Shown: one piece after another, positions 48,995 to 62,230 of the stretch
Layout: each line of letters starts with the position of its first letter
Position numbering within the stretch: position 1 is the first letter of the stretch
Source: Podarcis bocagei
Lineage: Eukaryota
Length of the DNA stretch: 64,000 bases
Direction: 5' to 3' (one strand)
Assembly: GCA_964188305.1 (NCBI GenBank)
Contig: OZ076888.1
Translations under genes and position numbers: made by a program
The notes under the pieces: generated by a model
Told to the model about the DNA's origin: nothing
The model's database searches: none
What the model saw: the letters and a program-made list of their open reading frames with translations, nothing else

Positions 48995-49220
48995 CAGTGG
49001 TACCTCGGGTTACATACGCTTCAGGTTACATACTCCACTAAGCCAAAAATAGTGCTTCAGGTTAAGAACTTTGCTTCAGGATAAGAACAGAAATCGTGCT
49101 CTGGCGGCGCAGCGGCAGCAGGAGGCCCCATTAGCTAAAGTGGTGCTTCAGGTTAAGAACAGTTTCAGGTTAATAACGGACCTCCAGAACGAATTAAGTA
49201 CTTAACCCGAGGTACCACTG
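48995..49220. mobile_element. Tc1/mariner MITE (CAGTGGTACCTCGG family)
   Basis: Perfect TIRs with TA flanks. Confidence 0.88.
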
Positions 49221-49787
49221 TAGAAAGATAAATGGGAACCAGAAGGGAAGAGGAGAAATGTCTCCGCTCCCATTAAATTTGGACCAGGCACAGCCAGGGC
49301 TGTTTTTCTAGGGGGGGGGGTAGTGCCAGAGCTCACTTTGAACTTCTCCCTTGTTCTCTTAGAAAGGCAGTGGTGCCTACCTGAGAGGTGCCAGAGCTGA
49401 GCTCCAGCTGGCAGGAAAAAAGGCCCGGGCACGACAGTTTTGGAATCGGACTTGCTTTAAGATTGCAATAAAGCTCTTAAGTCCGGGAGGAGGGACCTGA
49501 GATTCCTTCATTGCAGGAAGTTGCACTAGCCTGCTGCATAAAGGTCTAATTGTTTGTCTGCTTGCTTTTCCCTCTGGCCTTACCTGCTACCTTTTAGTCC
49601 AGCTGCATCTTGGCAGTAGAGTGTTTCCCGTGTTTAACTCATACCCCAGAATGATCAGACTAATTACCCCTCTTAAGTTTTAGAACCTTGGGTGACAGCG
49701 ACATGGTTTTTAAAATGGTTGCGGAGGTCAAGAGCCTCGTTTGCTTGAACTAAAAGCAGCATCTAGTAAGATCTCTTCTAGTTTAGT

Positions 49788-50037
49788 GAGAGCCAGTGTG
49801 GTGTAGTGGTTAAGAGCGGTAGACTTGTAATCTGGTGAACCGGGTTCGATTCCCCGCTCCTCCACATGCAGCTGCTGGGTGACCTTGGGCTAGTCACACT
49901 TCTTTGAAGTCTCTCAGCCTCACTCACCTCACAGAGTGTTTGTTATGAGGGAGGAAGGGAAAGGAGATTGTTAGCTGCTTTGAGACTCCTTAGGGCAGTG
50001 ATAAAGCGGGATATCAAATCCAAACTCCTCTTCTTCT
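49788..50037 (+). mobile_element. tRNA-derived CORE-like SINE (Squam3-like)
   Basis: A/B boxes (GGTTCGATTCC); matches 40393 copy. Confidence 0.7.
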
Positions 50038-50181
50038 AGTTTAGGCACACCTTCAACTTTGGTTTTTATAGCACTTTGGGACAAATTAGACTCCTTTTTA
50101 CAACCATCATTTTACGCTCTGCCTCTGTGCTGCTTGAGCAGTTGACGCATGAAAGCTACTCCTTGACTCGGCTGCGCTAAG

Positions 50182-50294
50182 ATACGACTTTGAAACCCAG
50201 CATGCCTTTGTCGGAGACTATTCTGGGCAGATCACGCTCCTGAAACTTGAACAGAGCACGTGCTCGGTTATCACAACTCTCAAGGGTCATGAAG
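50182..50294 (+). CDS. WDFY1: WDFY1 exon 6
   Basis: [38 protein letters not shown]; 113 nt. Confidence 0.95.
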
Positions 50295-52220
50295 GTAAAT
50301 ATGTATGTATGTATGTATATCTTTTTCTAATTGTTTTTCCTCCTGAAATGAAATTAATTATAAATATATGTAACTAGACCTTCCCTGAATTCTTAGGGTG
50401 AGTAGCACTAAGTGCCCTCCCTGCTAACCTATGAAGTGTTCTGAACAGGAATGTGGTTTCCAGCAATTGTGCTGCTTTCTCAAATGACTGGGCATTAGGC
50501 GGTATTGAGTCTATGGCCAAGAGGGGTGCCGGAGAGGATGACCTGTCACATTTGTAAGCAGACTCAAACCAACTTCTCTTTACCTTCAAAACTTTCTTCC
50601 TAATGTCTCAACAAATGAAACTGATTTGTAAAAATGTTACATGGGGAGGGGGGAATGAGAGAGAGACATTGCACACACTTTTGTAAATCAAGAAAATATT
50701 TAATAATAATAAAAAAAACTTAGGGTGTAGTAAAGAGTTTTAGGCACCAGATGGCAGGCTTTCAAGGGTTGAGCCTCTGGCAGCTCATAGAAAGCAATAG
50801 ATATAATGTACTGTCCCTGCTGTGTGACCGACACACATTTGCATTAAGTGAGAATGGGAACTGGGGATTATTGCTTCTTTTGCTAGTTTTCCTGCCTCCT
50901 TCCGTTGCGGAATCCACGGTGGTGCACACATGGTTCTCAGGTGGCCTCCCATCTGTGCTCTCACCGGACTCAGGCCTGCTCAGCTTCAGCAACCTTGTAT
51001 GCCTTCAGATCTGACTGACACATGAGGACTCATTGAGGACTTGAACTGTCTATCATAGAGACCATCAAGAACATTGTTTCCCCCACCCAGCCTAGTCCCT
51101 CTCATTAACCCCCCCCCCCGGCCAGTCTTGTCATGGCCATGTGCAGTGACACATGGCTCGCTGTGACAAGTATCTCTCCCCACCCTGGTAAGCTGCTATC
51201 CATCTCCTCAGCCTGTTGCTGCGGGTGAAGGTAGTGGGTGGGAACCAACAGGTTGGAATGCAAATTCAGACTTTGGTTCCTAGTTTCAAAAGTTGAGACA
51301 ACCCTCCCCAAAGGTCTATTCCTGCACCCTGCTTTGGCACTACAGGGGCCAGAGTGGCTTATTTATAGTTCACATCTACATCCAGACACTGCCAAACATC
51401 TTAGCGTCAACCCTAAGCCGCCACATGTGCCTTCAGACCATTATCTGAAGCAGAGGTCTGTGTGTGTGGTTGGTTATCTCTTAATTGTGTGCTAACAGTG
51501 ATGTATGGCCCTGCCAGAGCAGATAATTAGTTGCACAGCTATACACACTGAGAAAAATGAGGACCAACACTGATTAACGTATTCAGCTGTGCTCCAGTGA
51601 AAATTGCCCGTTTCTATGTACCTTTATAGTAGACTGTGAATGCCAGACAATAAGAATTATGTGGAAATGGTCAATACTGGGGCTCTGCTATACAAACAAG
51701 CACAGTGGGCAAACTCTAATCACAGCTGGCTCAGATAAACAGGCCTGATAATGATGCTGACCACTGAGAGTCAATTTCAGAGGTTGTTTGTATGAAGCAA
51801 GCTTGAAAAACTCTACTTTGTTTGAAGGCATAATTTGGTAACCCAAGCGTGGACTTGCAGAGGACGTGATTTCTGGAAAACATTTTGGGGTCCCGTGAAA
51901 TATTTCTATAGTCTCTCATCGTCTTCATTGCTTGTCATGAAGACTTTCTCACGTGGCTGGCTTATGCTGAACTTTTAAACCTGAGTTTAGGTGTGCTTGT
52001 CTGCTGTGCTGTTCAAGTCTGCTGCTTGGTGATTTATTACATGGTTTATGAAGCCAGGAATGTTTGTCTGAACTAGGCAAATGTATCCCTTTGTAAAAGG
52101 GAAGATTTATACCTACTCTTTGGAAGTGCAGTATTATATTCCAAGCCTGCCACTCCCATTTACCTGAAGTCTGAAGGATCTGCAAGTTAATGCACTTATT
52201 CCTTCTCCTCCCTAACCTAG

Positions 52221-52347
52221 GAAGCATTGCCTCCCTGTGGTGGGATCCGATTCAGCGGCTACTCTTCTCTGGAGCATCTGATAACAGCATAATCATGTGG
52301 GATATTGGAGGAAGGAGAGGTCGGACGCTTCTGCTTCAAGGCCATCA
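52221..52347 (+). CDS. WDFY1: WDFY1 exon 7
   Basis: [42 protein letters not shown]; 127 nt. Confidence 0.96.
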
Positions 52348-53122
52348 GTATGCTAACATTTTATTTTCCCAGCTCTTACTGCTGCTGGTTCAGTCCTTGG
52401 TTGTGTTAACATAGGGATGAGGAATACTACATTGCCCTTTCTTTGAGCACCATCTGTGCTATGCATTTAAAGCAGCATTAAAGCAGCATGAGACCACTTT
52501 AAATAATCCTGGCTTTCCCCCAAAGAATCCTGGGAGCCGTAGTTTGTTAAGCATGCTAAGCACTGTTAGCAGACCCCCTACTCCCCTCACAGAGCTATAG
52601 TTCCCAGAGTGGTTTAACCAATCAGTCCTCCTTCCCAGGGAACTCTGGGAATTGTAGTTCTGTGACTACATACAAAACTGTTGAAAAGCACTATATACCA
52701 AAATTTTGCAGGGTTGGGGGACAGTATCTGGTATTTGAAATTAATAGATGAAATTAACAAAAGGTGTAAAAATTTGCTTCTCTGGTCAGATCAGCTGTTC
52801 CTTTGTTTACAAATGAAGCAGTAATATAACCAGGAAGGAGAGCATGAGAACGTCTGTGGTGATAATGGAGGTTTCACTGTAACTTCCATTAGTAGCATTG
52901 TGCACACCCCTTCTTCCAAAAACAACAAAACGTAAGGCCATGTGACTCGTGTGGCATCAAGGAAAACTTCCTGTCAGCATGAATCTTTAAGAAGCCTAAG
53001 ATGGAAACAAAATTTCAAGAGACGGAAATTGTTTCAACTGCACCCTGCAGAAACATGGCTAAGGTTCTGTATTAGTTTTAAATACTGAAATGGAGAATGC
53101 TTTTTGTTTGTTTATTGTACAG

Positions 53123-53228
53123 TGACAAAGTTCAGGCCCTTTGCTACCTCCAGCTCACACGACAACTGGTTTCTTGTTCAGCTGATGGAGGGATCACAGT
53201 CTGGAATATGGATATTAGCCGAGAAGAG
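53123..53228 (+). CDS. WDFY1: WDFY1 exon 8
   Basis: HDKVQALCYLQLTRQLVSCSADGGITVWNMDISREE; 106 nt. Confidence 0.96.
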
Positions 53229-53382
53229 GTAGGAATTGTCACCAGGCCCAAAGGCTTTATCTCATTTCCCTTGAGCGCAGATAAGAAGCTAAGGTCCCAT
53301 AGCCATGATGCTCTAGTTCTGCTCAGATTTCTGCGTTCTCTTCACAGGCCTCCCGCTTATAGGCAGTTAGCTAGGGAAACGT

Positions 53383-53885
53383 ATTATTTATTTATTTATT
53401 TCTACATACATATATACATACATACCTCGCCCATCTGGCTGGGTTTCCCCTGCCACTCTGGGCGGTTCCAAACAGAATATTAAAAACATGATAAAACATC
53501 AAATATTAAAAACTTCCCTAAACAGGGCTGCCTTCAGATGTCTTCTGAAAGTCAGATAGTTAATTATTTCCTTGATATCTGATGGGAGGGTGTTCCACAG
53601 GGCGGGCGCCACTACCGAGAAGGCCCTCTGCCTGGTTCCCTGTAACCTCCCTTCTCACAGTGAGGGAACCGCCAGAAGACCCTCAGAGCTGGACCTCAGG
53701 CTGAACAATGGGGGTGGAGACGCTCCATCAGCTATACTGGGCAGAGGCCGTTTAGGGCTTTAATGGTCAGCACCAACACTTTGAATTGTGCTCGGAAACG
53801 TACTGGGAGCCAATGTAGGTCTTTCGGGATTGGTGTTATATGGTCTCAGCTGCCACTCCCAGTCACCAGTCTAGCTGCTGCATTC
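53383..53885 (-). mobile_element. L2-clade LINE 3' fragment
   Basis: Reverse complement of the 33350-33850 type sequence. Confidence 0.8.
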
Positions 53886-55064
53886 AACATCACAGTAATA
53901 TGATCGTTCAGTAGGTGCAAGCATTTCTGCCTGCCAGATGAAACCAATCTCCCCTCTTCTTCTGTATGGGGGTTTTCCCAACTCTGGAGCAGATTAGGGG
54001 GAGGAGAAACCCCATTGCTCTAGCAGGAGTTTGTGCTGGCATCCACTATGACACTGCATTAGTTGAATCCAGCCATAAGCAGATTCCACTTGTGGGCATG
54101 TTGCATTTTATTTATAGTTCTTCAAAAAAGCAAACAAATAGGGGAAGGGGGGAGCTTTGTTGTTGTCACATTTTCAAGTTTTTTTCAGCAGCTACAAAGG
54201 CTAAAACCTTCTTAAACTCGAGGTCAGGTAGTGACAAGCCCACAGGGTGTGCCAAGGTAGCTTTCAGGCAATAAGTGCAACTTGAATTGCTCAGTTTCTA
54301 TTAGTGTATGGAAGACTTGCATTTAGCTGGACCTCTGGTGTCTGCCTATAGGGAAGCAGGTGGGGGAAAATCTGGTCCTTCCATGGGTTTCTGAGCCGCC
54401 CCAATATGGAGTGAGGACAGGAATAGAAGCTGATTCATATACAGAAGAGAGGTCCAGGCAACAGCTCAGTTAATTGCTTTAAGTGGCATCTATAGTGCTC
54501 AGAAATGAGGACAGGACATGTTTAACGTCAGGTTATGAGTGAAAAACGGAAGGCATGATTATTTGACTGTGGAATGCTTCAGTTTTTCCAATTATGCGGT
54601 ATCTCCTCTTAATCATCCAGACACTGAAAACTGGGGAGCTTCGAAGCCTGCAGCAGGCTAATAATTCAGATGTGGCAAAGGGAGGCTTCCTCATTAGCGT
54701 GGTGGAAATGGAAAATGCCACAGCTAAGGGCAAAGTGGGGGAGGCACACAAAGATCTGGGAGACAAGGCCCCATTTCATTAATTCCTCATGGACGCAGCT
54801 TGACACTAAATTGGACTAATTACATCTGGAGGGTGGCGGTTTTTACGAGGCAGGCTTGCATTTGGGGGACTTTTCACAGCTCCTCTCAGTTGAAGACCTT
54901 AATCGCATTTCTAGCTTTGTTGCTAGCGCAAAGCGATAAATAAACAAAGGTTAATAAATAAACACCCTTAATTCCAGAGACATTTACGGGATTTGGGGGA
55001 AGCGGGTTTCTCTCCTTTTGCAACAACATGTTTAAACGTTTTCCATTGCCTCTTCTGCTCCCAG

Positions 55065-55166
55065 GCCCCTCAGTGGTTGGAAAGCGATTCCTGTCAGAAA
55101 TGCGAGCAGCCTTTCTTCTGGAACATAAAGCAGATGTGGGACACAAAGACTCTGGGGCTGAGGCAG
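55065..55166 (+). CDS. WDFY1: WDFY1 exon 9 (FYVE N-half)
   Basis: APQWLESDSCQKCEQPFFWNIKQMWDTKTLGLRQ; 102 nt. Confidence 0.97.
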
Positions 55167-55839
55167 GTGAGTCAGTCCTCCCGCCTGCAAAGTATTTTGG
55201 TGCCGGCCATGTATGGTGTTGGCAGGAAGGATTAATGTTTAGCGCTGCGCTTGGATCGGGCCTAATTTCAGCACTAGGAGTGCCCCATGTCCATTCAATC
55301 TAATTGAAATGAGAACGGACTAGTCCTGTGGTGGACAGCATATCTGTGCAAAGGCAGGAGGTGATAACTCTTCCGAAAACCAGCTGCTGGAATCTGCAGG
55401 AGGGGAGACTGCTCTTGGGCTCAGACTGCTCTCCTTGTGGGGCTTCCTATGAGCATCTGGTCAGCCACTGAGAGAACAGGATGCTGGACTAGATGGGTCA
55501 TTGACCTGCCGTTGCAAGACTCTTCTTGAGTTCTTAAAATGCAGTGTTTGCCTTAAAAAGTCCTAAATAGTCTGGACCGGTGTTTTAAGGACCATTTTCT
55601 TCCATATCGACTTGCCTGTCAAGCTCTCAGTCTGAGGTTTTCCCCCCTGAGTTGCTCACTGTTTGGAGGCTAGCGGGCTGGGAACTAGAGAGGGAGTCTG
55701 TGGTGAATCTCCCCTCCCCAAAACCACAGTTGGCTGCAGCTAATAATTGGAAGCGCTGTGGTAATTTGGCTTTTTTTATTTTACTTGGTTTGATAATTTT
55801 CCATCTTTCTTGTTCCTCCATTTCAATTCTCTCACCCAG

Positions 55840-55970
55840 CATCACTGTAGGAAATGTGGCAAGGCAGTGTGTGGGAAATGCAGCACAAAACGCTCCAGCT
55901 ATCCAGTGATGGGCTTTGAATTCCAGGTTCGGGTCTGTGACGCCTGTTTTGATTCAATCAAAGACGAAGA
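55840..55970 (+). CDS. WDFY1: WDFY1 exon 10 (FYVE C-half)
   Basis: [43 protein letters not shown]; 131 nt. Confidence 0.97.
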
Positions 55971-56201
55971 GTGAGTATGCTTAGAAAACACCCCTTTGTT
56001 TTCAGTGATTTTTTTTTTTAATTAACCGAAGGACATTGTATACAACACAAACCAAACCAAAGAAAATCCCAAAAGGGAAAGGGGGGGAAGTATACACTAA
56101 TTATGAGCCAGATTATGTAAAGCTCTACTCAAATATTCATTGCTTTGCTTTCCTAGCTGTCAGCTGAGGCTTAGAAAAATAGAGAGCGAGAGCTTCAATA
56201 T

Positions 56202-56580
56202 AGCGGGTGGCGCTGTGGTCTAAACCACTGAGCCTCTTGGGCTTGCTGATCAGAAGGTTGGTGGTTTGAATTCCCACGACAGGGTGAGCTCCTGTTGCTC
56301 TCTTCCAGCTCCTGCCAACCTAGCAGTTCGAATGCACGCCAGTGAAAGTAGATACGTAAATAGGTACCACTGCGACTGGAAGGTAAATGGCATTTCCATG
56401 CGCTCTGGTTTCTGTCATGGTGTTCCATTGTGCCAAAAGCAGTTAGTCATGCTGGCCACATGACCTGGAAAGCTGTCTGTGGACAAACACCGGCTCCCTC
56501 GGCCTGAAAGCGTGATGAGTGCTGCAACCCCATAGTCGCCTTTGACTGGACTTCACCGTCCAGGGGTCCTTTACCTTTTT
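56202..56580 (+). mobile_element. Sauria-type SINE, near full length
   Basis: GGGTGGCGCTGTGGTCTAAACC head, GGGGTCCTTTACCTTT tail. Confidence 0.8.
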
Positions 56581-57801
56581 AAGCTATATTCCATAATTTA
56601 TTCATTGTCAAATCTATGTTAGATATTTTAAATGTAGATATGACTTCTAACACCAGTAATCTTTCATTGTAGTAGTTGTAGTTTGCTTCCAAATATTCCA
56701 CAAACGTTGCAGGTTATCAAACAAATCCTCTATGGCTAGCTAAAGTGCAGCTTTCAGCTTTTAATTAGAAATTCAGTGAACCTTACAAGGCTGTTTTATC
56801 CTTTATCCTGAAGTAGGAACCTCATCAAAATAAAGAGCAGGAGAGTCCGGCACCTACTTGATTTTTCCTCCCCGCTTTCCTTTTTTCTGCATTTAGTTCT
56901 TTCCAGCTTCGGCTAGCAGTTTCAAATGCTGGAACTGAAGGCACTTTCCTCCCCAACCTCCACCATCCCAACCTTGTTTTGTAAACAGAAATCCCTACTT
57001 GCTCCTGTTTGTTAGCATTGGCAAGATGGTCATCTTCCTGTCTCCTCACCCCTTTTGAATAGGAGCTGTTAATCATAGTAAAACTTAAAAACATCACTGA
57101 GTGAGTCATTTATCTTATTATCACCTGCGTCACTTGCTAGAGCAGGAAAGGCCTGTTGCTATAATTATCCTGCTGTGTGGATTTATTGAAGTCTAGTTAT
57201 ACATTGGAACTCATTCCCCCACCCCAAAGGTTCACAAAGCAAATCGGAGCTGATACCCCATCAGCTCATGCGAATTCCTATCGACCACCACTTACTGATG
57301 TTCTGGAAGTATCCTTTGTAAGATATCAGACCAACCAAATAACCTTTTTTGACCTCACTGAGCTCATGGCACCACAGTTGCCCTCCCCAACCTGTTGAGT
57401 TGTCCAAAATATTTGGAGGGCTAAAGGTTGAGGACGGATGTGCTACAGCATTTGCACCAGTCCATGCCAAACAGCAGAGACTTAAACCAGTCGTTAAAAA
57501 AAAAAGGAAGAAGCATGTGGGTTACAATTACTGATCTTCTCATTGTACAGAGGCTTTCACAGATCAGCAGTGGAGTCAAAGGTCTATAGACTTCATTCTT
57601 GAATATTTCGAGCTTAATGAACTGGCCAGTTCTCCAAATGTCATTCAGATGCTGAGGCTGATCCTGAACTTGACACATTAACTTTTCAGAAATCTCATTT
57701 CCCTGAAGTGTCTTTCTATCTTGAAGCAATTTCCTGTGCCTGGTTTGAGAGACGTCTAGCAAGTGGCCCTTATTTAAACTCATTTTTCTCCCCTCTTCAA
57801 G

Positions 57802-57910
57802 CCGCACTTCTCTGGCAACTTTTCATGAAGGAAAACATAACATTTCCCATATGTCCATGGACATCTCAAGGGGACTAATGGTGACATGTGGAAGCGATCG
57901 TGTAGTGAAG
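57802..57910 (+). CDS. WDFY1: WDFY1 exon 11
   Basis: DRTSLATFHEGKHNISHMSMDISRGLMVTCGSDRVVK; 109 nt. Confidence 0.96.
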
Positions 57911-58180
57911 GTATGATTCTCTCTCCCCCTTCCCCATCTGTCTTGGCCAAGACCTGCAAGTAGCTTACACAGTTTCCAAAAGGTAGTAGATATGAAAATA
58001 TTCAAAGGGAAAACCCCAAATAAACAGCCGAACCTCAAGGTCAACCAAATGTTTTGGATAGACTTAATAGTGTTGTTCTGCAGAGATACAGGAAGCAGGG
58101 TGTTTTGGTCTACTAAAACTGTTGAGCCATTCTGCCTTTGATGGGTAGCACAAAGTTATCTAGTTGCTTTTCAGGAAATA

Positions 58181-58431
58181 CAGTTGTATCTTGGATCTCA
58201 AACGCCTTGGCTCCTGAACAAATTGGTTCCTGAATGATCGAAACCTGGAAGTGACTGTTCCAGTTTTCAAACGTTCTTTTGGAAGCCGGACGTCTGACGG
58301 GGCTTCTGATGCTTCCCATTGGCTGTAGGAGCTTCCTGCAGCCAATCAGAAGCTGTGCTTTGGTTTCTGAATGTTTTGGAAGTCGAACGGACTTCTGGAA
58401 CAGATTCCGTTTGACTTCCAAGGTACAACTG
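58181..58431. mobile_element. Tc1/mariner (Tigger-like) MITE; inverted partial relative at about 58500-58653
   Basis: TA-CAGTTGTATCTTGGA...TCCAAGGTACAACTG-TA. Confidence 0.75.
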
Positions 58432-58934
58432 TACCTCCTTTAGCTCCACACCTTTGATCTGAGGTTGTTATTGCCCTGGATGCCTTTGAACCATTTTTGT
58501 AGGCTTCAGGAGTGTCCCACAGCCAATCGGAAGCCGCTTTGGACGTTCAGCTTCCAAAAAATGTTTGCAAATGGGAACAGTCACTTCCAGGTTTGTGACG
58601 TTCGGGAGCCGATTTGTTCGACAACTAAGGTGTCGACTACCAAAGTACGACTGTAGAGTTAAATAACCAACTAGCTTATGCAAAATAGAAGTCTCATTGT
58701 TCTTACATTCTATTCATGTGTTGCCTGCCGAATCCCCCCCCCCCCCATTTTGGTCACCTTTATCTGACAGAAAGGTGGGATAAATCATTGGTCTGAAACT
58801 GCTGGGTCACCACCTGTCTTACGAAGGGTCTCAACAGCAGCCCTGCCACCAGTCATGTTGTTGGCATTCATCTGTCTCGGGAGACAGTGGAGGAGCCAGC
58901 TTTCAGGGGTGAAGTCAAACCATTGGAGAGACTG

Positions 58935-59288
58935 AAACCACTGAACTGCTTGGGTTTGCCGATCAGAAGGTCAGCGGTTCGAATCCCTGTCATGGGGTGA
59001 CCTCCCGTTGCTCGGTCCCAGCTCCTGCCAACCTAGCAGTTTGAAAGCACGCCAAAAAAAGTGCAAATAGATAAATAGGTACCACTCCGGCGGGAAGGTA
59101 AACATAGCTGTCAACTTTTCCCTTTTCTTGCGAGGAATTCTATTCGGAATAAGGGAATTTCCCTTTAAAAAAGGGAAACTTGACAGCTATGAAGGTAAAT
59201 GGTGTTTCTGTGCGCTGCTCTGGTTTCGGTGCTCTGTTGCGCCAGAAGCGGCTTAGTCATGCTGGCCACATGACCCATAAAAACTGTC
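58935..59288 (+). mobile_element. Sauria-type SINE interrupted by a hAT MITE
   Basis: SINE body resumes after the insert at 59103-59191. Confidence 0.75.
59103..59191. mobile_element. 89-bp hAT MITE
   Basis: TIR CATAGCTGTCAA, perfect 8-bp TSD AAGGTAAA (59095-59102, 59192-59199). Confidence 0.9.
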
Positions 59289-59390
59289 AATACGTGTTTG
59301 AACTGCAGGCGGCTCTTGAGTTTGAACATGTTGGGTCTGCTGCCATATGTCACACAGAGTCTTACTTTGCTTCTGCATCTTCTTCTTCAG

Positions 59391-59450
59391 ATATGGGACA
59401 TGACACCAGTAGTGGGCTGTGGCCTTGCGACCGGCTTCGCTTCCCGCTGA
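59391..59450 (+). CDS. WDFY1: WDFY1 final coding exon
   Basis: IWDMTPVVGCGLATGFASR-stop; total CDS 1233 nt = 410 aa. Confidence 0.96.
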   Translation: MWDMTPVVGCGLATGFASR

Positions 59451-62230
59451 CCTGGGCCTGCCGAGTTAATGTACCCGAAGCACCAAATGGATAACACTCC
59501 CTTCTGTGATTCTTGCCACCAAAATGCCGGCTGCTTGACTCTGTGAACTCTGCTTTTCCCAAGATGGACAGCCTTTTTGTGTGTTTGTGTGTGAGAGAGA
59601 GTGGAGCAGAATTCTTCTGTAATGCTTACCAGGAACAGCGGAGCCTGCCCAGCTACAAGTTCACAGCCTATGGAATGAACGCAGAAAAGGCTTTAAGTGC
59701 AAAAAAACCAACCACAACTCCTTGCCTAGAGAGACCACTCCTCATTCGATTTACTTGTAGTCTTCAATGTGTGCTTTTTCTCTGCTGAAATAATACTGTA
59801 CAGTGGCAAAGGGTCAAAATGAGTGTAGTGACAACAGTGTGCAAATAAGTTGTAACTTATTCTCCGTCCTTGTAAACCATCCGTGTATGCTAGTTTTATC
59901 TTATGAACAGCCGCTGTGAAGGCTGCCTCGCAAACATAAGAATATATACCTTTTGACGGAAAGAAGAAAGCACCTCTTCACCTCCAAGCAGCATTGCAAT
60001 AAGGGTGAGGAAATGGATAAGATTTTTTGGGTGGAGAATTTTCTATGAATTCTGTTTATTCTTTCAAAGTTGTTCAGACTGAGAATTACGTCAGGTTGTC
60101 TTGAGAATTTTTGTATCTGGCCAAAATCATGACTTTTCCCCCCTGTAACACTAAAAGCAAGTTGACGTGTCTTGTCGTATGCCTTACATGTAAATACGTA
60201 TTACAATAGAGGCCACGTGAACTCAACAACCTGCGCACTTTCAGTGAACTAGTTGTTGTGTTCTTTCCGCTCCCTAGATGATGGCGCTTCCTGCATTCTC
60301 CCCCTTAAAAAGTCATAATAATGGAGAAGTGTGTGTCACTTTGATCTTTCATCAGCCAGTGCTGAGCATGCTTTTAAAAACATTTCAGCAATAACTAATT
60401 TTGTTGGGGTGGGGTGCATAGATAAGAGCTCCTGCGGTTAAAAATGGATGGGATGAGTAGCAGCGGAAAGTTGTGAGATTAAAGATGCCTGCAAACTTTG
60501 AGAATGAAACCGATTTGTCACGTTGCGCTACAGCAGTATAAGGAGAAGGGAATGAACCTTCGTAACCTGAGGATCATTTCAAGTCACCTCTCTGTTCATT
60601 TGCTTCATTGGCACTGTTGAGTTTAAATTTTTGGAGTAAATGTAGCTTTGTGAAATCGGGCCGCTGCGATCGCTAGCATTAATGGGATAAAATCATTGCC
60701 TAAAAGCCTGTGTAAGATCCACGGTAAAGGTTAGTTCATGCAGGCTAATAGATCTGAACTGCTCGTTTTCCCTCCGATCAGGTAGCAATATCTCTTGTCT
60801 CAAGGTATAGTATCTCTAGGGGTATTTTCTGGAAATGTTGTACTAAAGCGGGGGGGGGGGGGAGAGCTATTTGATGTTTGCCATGAAAACCTTTCATAAG
60901 GCCCGTGTTAATTGTATACTGTTTTATAAGTGTGTAAATCGCTAAAGAATCAAGTCTTTTAAGTGTTTTGTGTTAGGGAGATGCATATGAGGAAGGGCAG
61001 TATAATATTCTGAGGTGAAATGTTGTGTTTGCTGACGATCACACTAGGACTTAGATCAATGCTCTGTGCTGCAGTTACGTGCAAGATTTGAGTTACTTCA
61101 TTAGAATGAAAACTCAGGAAAAAAAGATGCAGGTGATCATTTTAGGGTCAAGGTGCGGGGAGGAAAAACATGAAGGCAGCAATTTCGCCTGCATGCTAAC
61201 ATAAAGTTTGAAGAGTAGCACAACCTTTATAATAGTTTTCTCTCTTGAGTTAATGCGTTCTTAAAGCCTGGGAAGAAGATGGCCCCACTGAACCAGTAAA
61301 ATGTACTACTCATTGCCTTATTGGACTGCATGAAAAGTGGAACTGCACTTGTCTGGATTAAACCAGAGTCAGTTCACCTCAGTGCCCAGAGGAAAAGTTT
61401 TCTTTATCTGGAAATGCACATCTTGTGTTTTGAAAACTACCCGACTTGAAAGCATTTGTTATATCTCCACCCCACCTCCCCTCAAAAAGTTGCCTTAGAG
61501 CATATTTTCCCTTTTCCTCTCTTGGAAACCTGGGATAACTGGCAGCAAGGGGGGCACCCATTGTTTCAGTATTGATAGTTGACCCTACAGAGTAAATTCT
61601 CCGACTTGATTGGCTACCTTTTCGGTTATTAGCTGTATGGACCACAGAATAAGGATTTCCACCTCTTGGCAACTGCACTTAGACTCTTCTGTGAGTATTT
61701 TGCCAAAGGATGCTGAATTTGCTCCGTGACTGAATAATTTTTATTTTATTCTATATTTTGGTAATTTGGAGAATATGACATTAAGATGTTATCTAGATCC
61801 GTGGTGAGATTTTGTTGGGAAAACACAAGTTTGTTTGCATAATTCAAAACACGGGAGTTCTCCAAAGTCGTCAAATCCTTCCCTGAAAACTTAGATTGTG
61901 TGTTTGTATAGAAAACAGTTTTGGGGTGAGCAGAAGGACAAACACAATGCTGTGCAATGTAACAATAACGGTCCCGGTAATTTTAAATGTGCAATTACTT
62001 TGACTTGATTTGACACATTTACCTAGTCCCCCCCCCCACTAAAGCCTTTCTTTATGTGGGAGCAACAAGTACTAATGTATCTTTTGTCCGATAGCTGTGT
62101 TCTGTGAAATACTGTATCCTTTGTTATCTGAGACTCTGTTATGGCTGTTCTTCGTTCCCCCTCCTGTCTTTTGGAAGAAAAAAAAACTTTGAATATTGTA
62201 CAATTAAAAAAAAAGAATATTTCCTGATAG
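59451..62230 (+). other. WDFY1: Probable long WDFY1 3' UTR
   Basis: No recognisable repeats, AU-rich, ATTAAA at 62203-62208 after TGTA; alternative AATAAA at 62957. Confidence 0.5.

Larger units (their letters stand above)
46849..50181 (+). other. WDFY1: U12-type (minor spliceosome) GT-AG intron of WDFY1
   Basis: Donor GTATCTTT; branch TCCTTGAC at 50160-50167 about 15 nt before AG; no polypyrimidine tract. Confidence 0.85.
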
